DNA from: Myxococcota bacterium
GTDB taxonomy: Bacteria > Myxococcota_A > UBA796 > SXON01
Reading direction: 5' to 3'
Length of the DNA: 64,000 bases
Assembly (NCBI GenBank): GCA_040386535.1
Contig: JAZKFH010000032.1
Coordinates: 1 to 64,000 of the forward strand
In this document: in pieces, positions 1-10,688 of the stretch
Layout: each line of letters opens with the position of its first letter
Position numbering within the stretch: the first letter of the stretch is position 1
Program-made: the position numbers and the translations under genes
The notes under the pieces: generated by a model
What the model was told of the DNA's origin: nothing
The model's input: the letters and a program-made list of their open reading frames with translations, nothing else
The model's database searches: none

Positions 1-51
1 AGCGCAGGAAGGGATCGGAGAACCTGAGGAATGAGCCGAAGTGGCTAAACC

Positions 52-1062
52 TCAGACCTGAGGAGCCGTCCAGCTCCCCCCGATCGTCACGATCACCGGC
101 TTCGTGATTTGTTCGTCCGCGAAGTCCCCGTGGGGCAGGTGGGCGAAGTTGTAACGGACGCGGACCTGCAGGCTGAGCGCGGGGGTAGGCGTCCACAACG
201 CGCCCGCGGCCACCCCGAACATGTGCATGCCTCCGCGCTCGACGCCGTGCCACGTCTCCTCGTCCTGGTGGGTGGACTCCCAGGATGCGAGCAGGGTCAC
301 GTTCGGCGTTGCACGCCAGCTCGGCCCGACATTCCACGACACCACCTCCGCCGGGAAGTAGCCCCCGGCGCTCTCGTAGACCGGGTACCGCAGGTCGTAT
401 TGCACGCTCCCGCCCCACCGCATGCCGTTGACCCCCACACGCGCGGTGACGGTGGGTACGAAGGTCCCCGAGCCCATCAACAGGTGCTCGTGGGGCTGTC
501 CCTGCTCCGCCAGCTCGTACGGATCCACGGGCGGCGCCCCGAGCGGAAGCGTGGTTCCGATGCCAAGGGCCCAGGAGATGGCGCCCACCTTGTCCGCGCG
601 AAACAGCATCAGGCGGCCGTCTGTCAGTCCACCCTGCCATCCGTCCTGGTGATGCAAATCGGGGCTCGGCGGCTCGTAGGCCGAGCCGTCCGGGAACGTG
701 TACGACACCTCCCGATACCGCGCGTCGACCGGGACCGTCCCCCATAGGAACCACCCCTTCCCCGTGCCGACCGTCAACCCGACGTCGAACCGCGCCCACG
801 GGATGGACACGTGGTGCTCGTATGCGGGCAGCCCAGGATCGGCTGCGCAGGCGATCGCATCGTCGGAAGGGCAGCTCGCCTCGTGGTCGACCTGCCCCTC
901 GAACGCGGAGACCCCTACGTCGACGCGCACCTGACCGCGCCCCATGTGCACCGGGCCCCCAGCCTGGAGGCCTGGATTTGCGCAGCCGGGTCAAGCAGCG
1001 AGGGCGCTGCGCGTCACTACTAGGAGGGCGATGGCGCAACCGATGAAGCGGCGAAGGGGCAG
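52..1062 (-). CDS. Putative selenoprotein: exported outer-membrane beta-barrel/transporter-like protein with N-terminal UxxC (TGA at 993-991 read as Sec)
   Basis: The frame of ORF 52..951 continues upstream through one TGA into a typical signal peptide: (M)PLRRFIGCAIALLVVTRSALA-A-*-PGCANPG. Candidate CTG start at 1062 follows GAGGT. The body has alternating-hydrophobic beta strands, GIGTTLPLG and GSGT motifs, and ends GGSWTAPQV. Confidence 0.75.
954..972 (-). promoter_or_regulatory. Candidate bacterial SECIS element
   Basis: Hairpin GGCCTCCA-GGC-TGGGGGCC (8 pairs, one G-U). The apical loop starts with G, 27 nt after the in-frame UGA. Confidence 0.65.
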
Positions 1063-1103
1063 GGGGACCTCTGCGGTGAAATAGTGCGGCGGCCCGCTGG
1101 GCG

Positions 1104-2564
1104 CTACGGACCCTGGCCGCGGAGCAGGTAGGCCTTTCCGGCGAATACGCCTCCGTCCTGGTTGTACAGCGCGCCCGCAAGCATGTCGTCGAGCCCGTCC
1201 CCGTCGACGTCACCCGCGCCCGCCACCGCGCGGCCCGCCGAGTCACCAGTGGCCTCGCCCAGCCAGATCTCGCCCACCTCGCCGAGCAACAGGACACCCC
1301 CGCGGGTCGCATCACGCACGAGGTACACCGCCCCGGCGTCTTCCCCGGTGCGGTCTACTCCGGGAGCCCCCACCAACACCTCGCGCTGGCCGTCGCCGTC
1401 GGTGTCTCCCGCACCCGCGACGGACCATCCGGCAACGTCCCCCGCCAGCTCGCCCGCGAGAGCGGCGACCGTATCGTCCAAGGCGCTCTCCCCCGCAGGT
1501 CCAGGTCCCAGGACGACGTAGACGCGGCCGCCCTCCCAGCCGTCGGCGGAGACCAGCAGGTCGTCGAGCCCGTCGCCGTCGAGGTCTCCGGGGCCGGCGA
1601 CCGTCCCGCCCGCGTACGCGGCGGGACCCGGTCCTACGAGGACCGCGTCGGCGTCCGCGGAGGGGTGGTCCCCCTCGGCGACAGGACCACGGACAAGCCA
1701 CACAGCGCCGGAGCCCGGTCCCGCGGCCTCAGTCCCGTCGGCTCCGAGGAGCACGTCCCCGAACCCGTCGCCATCCACGTCGCCGAGGGCCGCCAACGCG
1801 TTTCCCAACGCGTCGCCACCCGTCGCCGCCCCATGGGCGAACGCGGGGGGCGCGGCGGTGGAGGTGCCCGTGAAGGTGGCCCAGGCATCTGCCAGCGTGA
1901 CGGCACCGTCTGCGAAGGGGCCCCGAAGCAGGTAGACCCGTCCCGCCCCGCCGCCGCCTGCGTCGTTGCCCGGCGCCCCGACGAGGAGATCGATCTCGCC
2001 ATCCCCGTCCACGTCGCCCGCGGGGCTCACCGCGGTCCCCGCGGAGTCCCCGCGGGCCTCGCCGATCCACGCGACCGACGCGGCTCCCGCATCCGTGAGG
2101 CCGCTCCCGATCGGTCCGCGAAACAGGTACACCTTACCCGCCTCGTTGCCGCCATCGTCGTTTCCGATCGCGGACACGAGGAGCCCGTGCTGCCCGCCCA
2201 GGTCGCCGGTGCGGCTGGCCGCGTAGCCCACGAAGTCGTACACGTCCTCGCCTGCGATGCACGCGCCGTCCGCCAGGAGATGGCTGCCGTCCTGGACGGG
2301 CCCGTACCACACGCAGGCACGCTCGCCGTAGAAGGCCGAGATCAGGAGATCGTCGAGGCCGTCGCCGTCCAGGTCGCCGAGCCCCACGACGGCGCTTCCG
2401 GTCGCGGACGACGGCGCGCCGAGGAAGACGGCGTCGGCGTCGGCGAGCGAGGGGTCCCCCGTGTCGGAGGTACCGGTGTCCCCGGATGGTTCGTCCGCAT
2501 CCGGGTCCGAGACCTCCACGCCCGAAAGGTCGCAGGCCGTTGCCAGGAGGAGCACAAGCGTCAT
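1104..2564 (-). CDS. FG-GAP (integrin-alpha-like) repeat lipoprotein
   Basis: Repeated GDxDGDGxxDLLxGA and AGxVYL motifs. Likely start MTLVLLLATAC at 2564, which overlaps the upstream stop (ATGA). Confidence 0.85.
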   Translation of the reverse strand: MTLVLLLATACDLSGVEVSDPDADEPSGDTGTSDTGDPSLADADAVFLGAPSSATGSAVVGLGDLDGDGLDDLLISAFYGERACVWYGPVQDGSHLLADGACIAGEDVYDFVGYAASRTGDLGGQHGLLVSAIGNDDGGNEAGKVYLFRGPIGSGLTDAGAASVAWIGEARGDSAGTAVSPAGDVDGDGEIDLLVGAPGNDAGGGGAGRVYLLRGPFADGAVTLADAWATFTGTSTAAPPAFAHGAATGGDALGNALAALGDVDGDGFGDVLLGADGTEAAGPGSGAVWLVRGPVAEGDHPSADADAVLVGPGPAAYAGGTVAGPGDLDGDGLDDLLVSADGWEGGRVYVVLGPGPAGESALDDTVAALAGELAGDVAGWSVAGAGDTDGDGQREVLVGAPGVDRTGEDAGAVYLVRDATRGGVLLLGEVGEIWLGEATGDSAGRAVAGAGDVDGDGLDDMLAGALYNQDGGVFAGKAYLLRGQGP

Positions 2565-3769
2565 GAGAAGAGCCGGCGACAGCCATGCCCGGCGCTCCCA
2601 CCTACCCGCACGCCCCGCCATCCCACGAGCAGAAGCAGCAAGCTTGCAGCGTCGCCCCCCCGCGAGCAGCCGCACACGGGCTCTTCGTCCTCGATCACCG
2701 GCTCCGGCGGAAGGATGATCGTGTCGCACTTCCCGCCCCCCTCCGCGCTGGCGGTCAGGTACGCCGACAGCAACGGGTCGCACGTCGGCGCCGAGCACGC
2801 AGAGGGAAACGCCTCCTCCAGGCAGGCGACGGGTACCCAGGTGCGGCCGTCCTCGGTGCGGGAGAGGTCGAAGCCGTCGAAGAGATGCTCCCCGCATGCC
2901 CAGCCGACGCCGCCGATGGTGGTGGCGCACCGCACGGCTGGAACCTCGTCCCGCACGTCGGTCCAGGTGTCCCCGCCGTCCTCGGAGCGCCAGGTGCGCG
3001 ATCCCGCCTCGCTGCCGAGCAGCATCACGCCGTCGAGGACGAGGAGCGCGGGCACCTGGTCGGTGTAGTGGCCGTCCGTCAAGACCGCGCGGAAGGACCC
3101 GCCACCGTCGTCGCTCACGAGCAGGCCCGGTGGGTCGTCGGCCGTCCGCGTTCGCCGCCACACGAGAAGCCGATCTCCCTTGGCGTACAGCACGCGCGGA
3201 TCGGTGTCTCCGGCCTCCCAGTCGTAAACCCTCGTCCAGGCCATCCCGTCATCGGAGCGCCACAACTCGCTCGCCAATCCCTCGACGTAGACGACGGTGG
3301 CCCACGCGCGAGCCCCGTCGACGAGCACGGACTTGGGAAAGACGCCCACGCCCATCAACTCGGACGGCGTGCATCCTGCCAGCGTGCAGGCCCACAGCCC
3401 GCCCTCGTCCACTCCGATCCCCATGGCCAAGAAGGCCCCGCCGTACGCTGTCACACCGGGAACGAACAGCTCGTCCGGGAGCCCCTCGATGAACGAGCCG
3501 GTGCAATCCGAGCCGACCCGGCGCAGCCCGGTGCGTGTCGCGAGGACGACCTCACCGGGCGCCGTAGCGAGGATCCCGTAAATGTTTTCGACACCCAGCG
3601 CCTCCTCGCACAGCCACTCCCACGTCTCCCCTCCATCCGCAGTGCGCCCGAGTCCCCACTGCTCCGTGAGCAGCCAGATTTGATCGACGTCGTCGGGGTG
3701 GATGGCGACGGCAGCCGAGCTGAAGCCGTCTCCGTGGGCGAGGGCGAGGGGCAAGAGGGACAGCAGCAC
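2561..3769 (-). CDS. Secreted BNR/Asp-box beta-propeller protein with MYXO-CTERM-like tail
   Basis: SxDGGxTW repeats, signal MLLSLLPLALA|HGD, C-terminal CGCS...SLLLLLVGWR. Confidence 0.75.
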   Translation of the reverse strand: MLLSLLPLALAHGDGFSSAAVAIHPDDVDQIWLLTEQWGLGRTADGGETWEWLCEEALGVENIYGILATAPGEVVLATRTGLRRVGSDCTGSFIEGLPDELFVPGVTAYGGAFLAMGIGVDEGGLWACTLAGCTPSELMGVGVFPKSVLVDGARAWATVVYVEGLASELWRSDDGMAWTRVYDWEAGDTDPRVLYAKGDRLLVWRRTRTADDPPGLLVSDDGGGSFRAVLTDGHYTDQVPALLVLDGVMLLGSEAGSRTWRSEDGGDTWTDVRDEVPAVRCATTIGGVGWACGEHLFDGFDLSRTEDGRTWVPVACLEEAFPSACSAPTCDPLLSAYLTASAEGGGKCDTIILPPEPVIEDEEPVCGCSRGGDAASLLLLLVGWRGVRVGGSAGHGCRRLFS

Positions 3770-3789
3770 GCGTTACCCTGGTCAGACCC

Positions 3790-5139
3790 ATGTTCTACCT
3801 CCTGCTCCTGCCGAGCGCCTGCCAGGGACCGGGAGCCATCCACCCGCCCTCGCCCGACTCCGCGGAGAAGCCCGCCGAGCTCGCCCCCCTCCTCGAGTCG
3901 CCAGCGGAGGCCGAGGACCTCGACTCCACCGAGGACATCGTGCATGTGGCCCTCGAGGCCGCGCGCGCGACCTACACCATCGGGGGGCTGGAGATCGAGG
4001 GCTACGCCTACAACGGCCAGAACCCAGGTCCCACGATTCGAGCGCAGGTCGGGGACACCGTCGTCGTTGATTTCCAGAACCTGATCGACACCCCGACCAC
4101 GGTTCATTGGCACGGCCTGAAGGTGCCGAACGACATGGACGGCGTCGAATGGGTGTCGGAGCCGCTCCTCCCCGGCGCCTCGTTCACCTACACGTTCACG
4201 GCCACCCAGGCCGGCACGTTCTGGTACCACCCGCACCTCGACGTCGAGCACCAGGTCGACCTCGGGTTGTACGGCGCCATCGTGATCGAGGATCCCGCTG
4301 ACCCGGTGGCCGATCGTGAGCTCGTCGTCGTCTGGGATGCGTGGGCGGAGGCCGACCCGGCGGATGAGCACACGGCGCCCGATCCGGGCACGCTCCTATG
4401 GACCGCGAACGGCCTGACGGCCCCCCGGGTCGAGCTCGCCGCCGGGGAGGTCGTCCGCGTCCGGATGATCAACGCGAGCAACGCGGGCTACCTCGATCTG
4501 TCCTGGCCGGGTTTGCGACAGATCGGCGCTGACCAGGGCCTGCTGCCCGCACCGATCGAGCCCGCGTCATCCCTGCTCGCGCCGGGCGACCGGGCCGAGT
4601 TCGAGTGGTCTGCCAGCGACGAGGACTTCGAGGTGGCAACGGCCATGTACACGCCCAGCGGCGGGAGCGCATTCGGTGACCCGCTCACGCTCCTGGCGGT
4701 CGCGATGGCGGATTCCGCGGCGCCGGGCTCTGCGCTGCTTTGGAGCGGCCCCACGGATCCTCCGAGCGCCGACCCCACCTGGACAGACATCGTCTACGTG
4801 CTCCAGGGCGGCGCTGCCGCCGAGGACTGGCTCATCAACGGGGAGTCCTACCCGGAGGTGACCGTAGAGACGGCCCCGCTCGGCGAGGCGTCGGTGATCG
4901 AGGTCCGAAACCTCTCGGCTACCGAGCACCCCTTCCACCTGCACGGGCAGTCCTTCGAGGTCCTCTCCGTGAACGGCGTGGCACCCGGTCGCCGCACGAT
5001 CGAGGACACCGTCAACGTCAGAATCCGGGAGAGGGTTCGGCTCCGTTTGCTCGCCGACAACCCGGGGGACTGGATGGTCCATTGCCATCTGCTCGGGCAC
5101 GAGGCGAGCGGGATGATGACGGTGCTCCGGGTGGAATAG
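3790..5139 (+). CDS. Three-domain multicopper oxidase (lipoprotein)
   Basis: Cu-ligand motifs HWHG, WYHPH, HPFHLHG and HCHLLGHEASGM. Confidence 0.92.
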   Translation: MFYLLLLPSACQGPGAIHPPSPDSAEKPAELAPLLESPAEAEDLDSTEDIVHVALEAARATYTIGGLEIEGYAYNGQNPGPTIRAQVGDTVVVDFQNLIDTPTTVHWHGLKVPNDMDGVEWVSEPLLPGASFTYTFTATQAGTFWYHPHLDVEHQVDLGLYGAIVIEDPADPVADRELVVVWDAWAEADPADEHTAPDPGTLLWTANGLTAPRVELAAGEVVRVRMINASNAGYLDLSWPGLRQIGADQGLLPAPIEPASSLLAPGDRAEFEWSASDEDFEVATAMYTPSGGSAFGDPLTLLAVAMADSAAPGSALLWSGPTDPPSADPTWTDIVYVLQGGAAAEDWLINGESYPEVTVETAPLGEASVIEVRNLSATEHPFHLHGQSFEVLSVNGVAPGRRTIEDTVNVRIRERVRLRLLADNPGDWMVHCHLLGHEASGMMTVLRVE

Positions 5140-5277
5140 TACCAGCGCGGGGTCCGTAGCCGAGGGATTCCAGGCATCTGGTGACGCTACCCGGCACGGG
5201 TGCCTCAGTGTGTGCACCCCTGCGGCATCGGTGCGGGATAAGGGCGCAGGATAAGCTGGCGTCGAGGCCATGACGCG

Positions 5278-5865
5278 ATGCTGCTCCTCCTCTCCCTCGT
5301 CGCGTGCATCCCCGTGCTCACGAGCCCGCCTGGCGCCGTGGGCGGGGAGGGCGAAGACTGGGTCGCGCCCGAGAATTCCTGGGGCCTCTGCGAGGGCCCT
5401 CCCGCCTCGCTCGTCGGCGAGGGGCTGGCGGTGGGGCAGGTGGCCCCCGACTTCCGCATGCTGGATCAGTTCGGGGCCGAGGTGTCGCTCTGGCAATTCC
5501 ACGGCTGCACGGTCGTGCTGGACTTCTCGACCGGCTGGTGTGGTCCATGCCAGGATCTTGCGGCCGAGGCCCAGTCCATTGCGGACGAGTATCGGGAGCA
5601 CGACGTCCGCTACCTCACCGTCATGCCGCAGGACGTGGAGGGAGACGTGCCGGATCAGGAGTTCCTCGGCGACTGGGGTGAGAGCTTCGGTCTGCACGAG
5701 CCCATTCTACAAGACGCCGAAGGCTACACCTACGAGCTCATCCCTACCGGAGGCACGCGCGGCTTTCCCGCAGTGCTCGTCCTGGACGCCAACGGGGTGG
5801 TTGCCGTCGACGTCGACCCGGTGAGCGATGGGACCATCCGCGCCGCGATTGAGGACACCCTATAG
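5278..5865 (+). CDS. TlpA/ResA-like redoxin lipoprotein
   Basis: APDF..DQFG, LDFSTGWCGPC, GFP cis-Pro loop; lipobox LVAC. Confidence 0.88.
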   Translation: MLLLLSLVACIPVLTSPPGAVGGEGEDWVAPENSWGLCEGPPASLVGEGLAVGQVAPDFRMLDQFGAEVSLWQFHGCTVVLDFSTGWCGPCQDLAAEAQSIADEYREHDVRYLTVMPQDVEGDVPDQEFLGDWGESFGLHEPILQDAEGYTYELIPTGGTRGFPAVLVLDANGVVAVDVDPVSDGTIRAAIEDTL

Positions 5866-5905
5866 GCGTGGGGCTCTGTCCGGTGCTCGCGGTACCGAGA
5901 AGGGG

Positions 5906-6337
5906 CTACCAGCCCCGCACGATGGCCGTCTTGTATACCCAGCCGCCGATCATCCCCGCGAGCAGCAACCCCGCGAAGAGCTGCTCCCTGCGAAGCACTC
6001 GTTCGAGCAGGCTTGCCACCACGGGCCGTCCTGTCAGGAGTTGAGCCGCCCCACTGAGGGCCGCGACGACCGTCAACGAGAAGAGGACGAGCCCGAAGGG
6101 CTGGTTCAAAGCGGCGTCCACCGGGCGGAGGTCCGCCATCAAGGCGAAGGTCGTGGTCATCCCACACATCGGACACGGGTACCCGGTAAGGGCGAGGACC
6201 GGGCATCGTCCGAGCCCGAGCTGGGTGTGCGTTCCCGTGCCCGCCGGGTCGGGATGGAGCGCACGTGAGATTCCCAGGACGGTCCACGTCGGGAGCGCCA
6301 GGAGTAGGCCCGCCGAACGCGTGCCAAGCCACTTCAT
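5906..6337 (-). CDS. DUF2752-type membrane protein
   Basis: GTHTQLGL..C, TGYPCPMCGMTTTF and hydrophobic helices; overlaps the ATPase stop. Confidence 0.75.
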   Translation of the reverse strand: MKWLGTRSAGLLLALPTWTVLGISRALHPDPAGTGTHTQLGLGRCPVLALTGYPCPMCGMTTTFALMADLRPVDAALNQPFGLVLFSLTVVAALSGAAQLLTGRPVVASLLERVLRREQLFAGLLLAGMIGGWVYKTAIVRGW

Positions 6338-8446
6338 GCGCGGAGCATCCGCAAGCCGTTTCCGATCACCAGTAACTCACTGACTTCATGAGCCAACACC
6401 GCGACAGGGAGCGAGAACGAACCCGTCAGTGCGCCGATCACCAGGACGCTGATCACGACGCAGGACAGCGCGAGGTTCTGACGGACGATCTGGCGATTCC
6501 GTTGCGCGAGCAAGATCGCCTTGGGCAGCTTCTCGAGGTCGTCCGCCATGAGGGCGACGTCGGCCGTTTCGAGCGCCACATCCGTGCCTGCCGCGCCCAT
6601 GGCGATCCCCACGGACGCCTCCGCGAGCGCCGGCGCGTCGTTCACTCCGTCCCCGACCATCGCGACCGTGGTGCGCGCGGCCATCTCGCGGATGCGCACG
6701 ACCTTGTCCTCGGGCTTTAGCCCTCCCCAGACCTCGTCGATGCCCACCTCGGCGGCGATGGCGCGCCCTGTTCGCTCGTTGTCTCCCGTGAGCATCACGA
6801 CCCGCTCCACCCCCACAGCATGGAGCGCACGGATTGCAGCGGCCGCGTTCGGTCGGACGTTGTCCCGAATCGCGAAGAGGCCCCATAACGCCCCATACCG
6901 ACCCTTCGTCTCCAACAAGAATGACGGTCTTACCCTGGGATTCGAGTGACTCGAGACGCACGCGAGTGTCAGCGAGGTCGAGCCCAAGGGTGCGCTCGAA
7001 GAACGAAGGGCTGCCCACGTGGACCACGGCACCGTCCGCGGTGGCTTTCGCGCCGGCCCCCGTGAGGGCCACGAACCCGGTCGTCTCCACTGCCACGACT
7101 CCGAGCCGTTCGGCATGCCGGACGACTGCACGAGCGAGTGGATGCTCGCTCCAGCGCTCGATGCCGGCGGCAATCGAGATCAGTCGAGCCTCAGCGGTGT
7201 GGCCGAGCGCCACCACATCCGTAACTTCCGCCTCTCCGCGCGTGATCGTCCCGGTCTTGTCCATGGCAACGACCCGCACGCGGGCGAGGCATTCCAAGTG
7301 AACCCCGCCCTTGATCAGGACGCCTCGGCGGGCCGCGGTACCGAGTGACGCAACCATGGTGACCGGTACCGAAATCACGAGTGCACACGGTGCCGCAGCC
7401 ACGACGAAGACGATCGCCCGGCCGATCCACTCGGACGAGGAGCCCGCCCCGAGCAGTGGCGGAACGATCGCGAGCAGCAACCCCGCCAGCAGGACGATGG
7501 GGCTGTAGCGCCGGCCGAGGCGGTCGATGAACTGCTCGCTTGTCCCCTTGCGCTCTTGCGCCTCCTCGACCATGGAGATGATGCGAGAGATCGTGTTCTC
7601 GGCGAACGTCCGCGTGGCCCGCACCTCCAGCGCGCCGGGACCGTTGATGCTACCGGCGAACACCGTGGCCCCCGGGCCCTTCTCGACGGGTACGCTCTCC
7701 CCTGTGACAGGAGCCTCGTTCATCCCCGACTCGCCCGAAACGATCTCGCCGTCGGTTACGACCGGTTCACCGGGCCGGATGACGAAGATTTCGCCAACGG
7801 TGAGGGCCTCGGCCGGGATCTCGACCTCCTTCCCTTCGCGCCGCACCCGCGCGGTCTTCGGGGTCAAATCCATCAATGCGCGGATAGCGGAGCGCGTCTT
7901 CTCCTCGGTGTACCCCTCCAGCGCCTCGGAGATGGAGTAGAGGAACACGAGCATCGCGCCCTCGGCCGGCTGGCCGCGTACCGAAGCGGCGATGGCGGCG
8001 ACGGCCATCAAGAGCTCGATGCCGATGGTGCGCTCGTAGACGAGGTCTTCGACTGCCTCGCGGCCGAAATGGTAGCCCCCGATCAGGATGGCCAGGACGT
8101 AGAGCGTAACGCTCACGATTGCGGGTGCTGCCGTGAGGCTCAGGAGGAACCCCACGAGGAGCAGCAGCCCGGAGGCCGCGGACGCCAGTACCTTGGGATT
8201 TTCCCAGGGAGCCGGCGCGCGAGGCTGTTCGCCACGGACAACCGGGTAGCCGAGCTTCTCCAGTCCATCTTCGAGCGTGGACGGCGAGGTCGCGTCCGGG
8301 TCGTACGTCAGGACGACTTTGCCGGCCTTCGGGTACGTTACCAGCTTGAGAACTCCGACGGCACCTCGGAAGCCACGCTCGATCGCAGCGGCCTCCTTTT
8401 CGCAGTCCATGTTGGTGACGCGGACTTCCAGCGTACGGTTCTTCAT
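6334..8446 (-). pseudogene. Heavy-metal P1B-type ATPase (Zn/Cd/Co, P1B-4-like), frameshifted near 6880-6898
   Basis: TGES, APC, DKTGT and SEHP lie in one frame; MLTGD, GDGVNDAP and HEVSE lie in another. A 10-nt imperfect duplication (GTATGGGGC/GTTATGGGGC) marks the junction. Confidence 0.85.
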
Positions 8447-10348
8447 CTACGTCCCGGGACTCGGGGTTGAGGCCGGACGGCGTGAGGGTGCCGCGCTGGC
8501 CAGCAGCAGGAGCAGCACGAAGACCTGCGCGCCGAGTCCTTCCCAGGTGGGATGGACGCCGAGGAGCTGGAACTCGGGGAACGAGAGCCCGTGCAAGGGA
8601 AGCACGTCCGCTTCTTGCAGCGCGCGAACGCCCTTGCCTACCATCGTCACCGAGAGCGCGGCGAGGAGGACGCTCGACGCGAGCATGATCGGCCGCGGTT
8701 TCAAGCGCTTCCCGACGCTCACGAGGGCGAGGACGGCCACGCCGAGGAGAGCCAGGCCGGCAAGCGCGCCGCCCCACACCGCAGACGCGCCTGTCGGGCC
8801 GGCGTCGAGGAGCAAGGCTTGGTAGAACAGCACGATCTCCAAGCCCTCGCGAAAGACGGCGAGGAACGCGAGTCCGAACAACGTCCACGCGGCCCCGGCC
8901 CCGCCGGCGGAACGCATCTGCTTCGCGAGGAATCCCATCCAGCGGGCGGCCCCGGCCTGCCCGACGATCCAGTGGGTCACGCCGAGAAGGACGACCGAGG
9001 CGAGGAGGGCGGCAATCCCCTCAGCGAGCTCCCGTTGGATCCCTCCGATCAAGCGCCCTGCGACCAGCCACAGCACCGCCGTCGCCGGCAGGGCCGCAAG
9101 CCAGCCGGCATGCACGTAGCGCGCCTGCTCGGGGCGCCCACTCCCGCGGACGAGGCCGAGGAGCCCCGTGACGAGGAGTACCATCTCGAGGCCCTCCCGC
9201 AGGGCGATCATCACGGACGCTGTGCCCGCACCCCACCCCGTTCGGGGCTCCTCCTCCGCGGCGTCGAGCAGCGTCGCGAGCCGCGCGACGAGCGCGTCCA
9301 CGTCGTCCGCCGGTGCCCCCATGGAAACCTTCTCTCTCAGAGCGAGCGCTGCCGCTTCGATGGCCGGTACCAGGGCCGCATCCCGCGCGCGGATCGCCGC
9401 CTCCCGCGGCTCGATGCCCTCGAGGTACGCGGTGACGAACGCGGCGGTGGCCTCCTGCGACCGTCCTGCCCGGTACAACTCGGCCCCCCGCTCGATCTCC
9501 GAACGCGCTCGCGCGAATGGCCCCTCCCCGCCGTCCCGAAACGGCGCCTCTGCCCGGAGCCAGGCGACTGCGGCCTCACGTTTCTCGGCATCGGCAACGG
9601 CAGGCATGAGGGCCGAGCGGACATCGTCTTCCGTGAGCTGGGAGAGCCGGGAGGCTGTGGGCGAAATCGGGCGACCCGCGGTGTCGAAGACCTGCTCTCC
9701 CGCGACCAGGTCAGCCCCAGTATGCCGCAACGACAGCACGTAGAACGCAAGGTCCCATCGCTCGGCTGCCGGGATGGTGTCAAACGCCGGCATGGCGGTG
9801 CCGGGTACGCCAAAAGTGAGGGCGTGGTAGGCGCGGTAGGGGGAAACCCCGGCGACCCTCTCGGCATCGAGGAAGTTGGCCGGCGCGGGATCCAAGGCGG
9901 CGGCCGCGGGCGTGTCGGCGCCGCCCGTGGCGCCGTGGCATCCGTCGCAACCGAGCGTGCGATACCGATCCGCCGCACGCGCGCGGTCTGGAGTGCCGGC
10001 CGGCTCCAGCACGAGATCGTGACCCTCGACGAGCGCGCGGCGTGCCACGCGGCAGGCGTCTTGAACCTCCTGGGGCGGCGCATGGCGCTCGATCCTCGCC
10101 CGTACGTCGTCCAGCGCGGCGAGGAGTGGGTCCGAGTTCCCCGCGTTGGCGCTCACGAGCGCCGAGGCGTCGCGCAGAAGCGAGAGTTGCTCCGCGTACT
10201 CGGGCTCGCTCAGCACACGTCCGTCGTCCGAAACGGCGCCCGCGTAGTCGGCCCCGACGTAGTCGAGGATGCCCGCGACCTGGCGGAGGCCGGCGTCCTC
10301 AGGTGCCGCAGCTTGGGCCGCGCCGAACCAGAGCAGATCAAACAGCAT
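8447..10348 (-). CDS. Cytochrome c/FTR1 family permease (PbrT-like)
   Basis: CDGCH heme motif, two REGLE motifs and a C-terminal multi-TM domain. Confidence 0.9.
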   Translation of the reverse strand: MLFDLLWFGAAQAAAPEDAGLRQVAGILDYVGADYAGAVSDDGRVLSEPEYAEQLSLLRDASALVSANAGNSDPLLAALDDVRARIERHAPPQEVQDACRVARRALVEGHDLVLEPAGTPDRARAADRYRTLGCDGCHGATGGADTPAAAALDPAPANFLDAERVAGVSPYRAYHALTFGVPGTAMPAFDTIPAAERWDLAFYVLSLRHTGADLVAGEQVFDTAGRPISPTASRLSQLTEDDVRSALMPAVADAEKREAAVAWLRAEAPFRDGGEGPFARARSEIERGAELYRAGRSQEATAAFVTAYLEGIEPREAAIRARDAALVPAIEAAALALREKVSMGAPADDVDALVARLATLLDAAEEEPRTGWGAGTASVMIALREGLEMVLLVTGLLGLVRGSGRPEQARYVHAGWLAALPATAVLWLVAGRLIGGIQRELAEGIAALLASVVLLGVTHWIVGQAGAARWMGFLAKQMRSAGGAGAAWTLFGLAFLAVFREGLEIVLFYQALLLDAGPTGASAVWGGALAGLALLGVAVLALVSVGKRLKPRPIMLASSVLLAALSVTMVGKGVRALQEADVLPLHGLSFPEFQLLGVHPTWEGLGAQVFVLLLLLASAAPSRRPASTPSPGT

Positions 10349-10679
10349 CGATTCCTCGCTCCCCGGTCCGGATCTTCACGACCTGCTCGACATCGTAGAC
10401 GAAGACCTTCCCGTCGCCCACTCGGCCAGTGCGTGCGGCCTTCACGATGGCCTCGACCACCCGATCGGCCATCGCCTCGGTCACGACGACCTCCACCTTG
10501 GCCTTGCGCGCGAACGCATGCCCGTCCTGCTCGACCGGCGGAGAAGCCCCTTTTCCACGGGTCTTCCCCCACCCGAGTACGGTTGACACGGTCACGCCGG
10601 GGAGGCCTTCGATGGCCGCCAGGGCGTCGCAGACTGCCTTGACCTTGAAGGGCTGGATGATTGCCTTGATCTCTTTCAT
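10338..10679 (-). CDS. P-II family protein
   Basis: MKEIKAIIQPFK...RTGRVGDGKVFV...IRTGERG. Confidence 0.9.
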   Translation of the reverse strand: MKEIKAIIQPFKVKAVCDALAAIEGLPGVTVSTVLGWGKTRGKGASPPVEQDGHAFARKAKVEVVVTEAMADRVVEAIVKAARTGRVGDGKVFVYDVEQVVKIRTGERGIDAV

Positions 10680-10688
10680 GGGCGGGCC

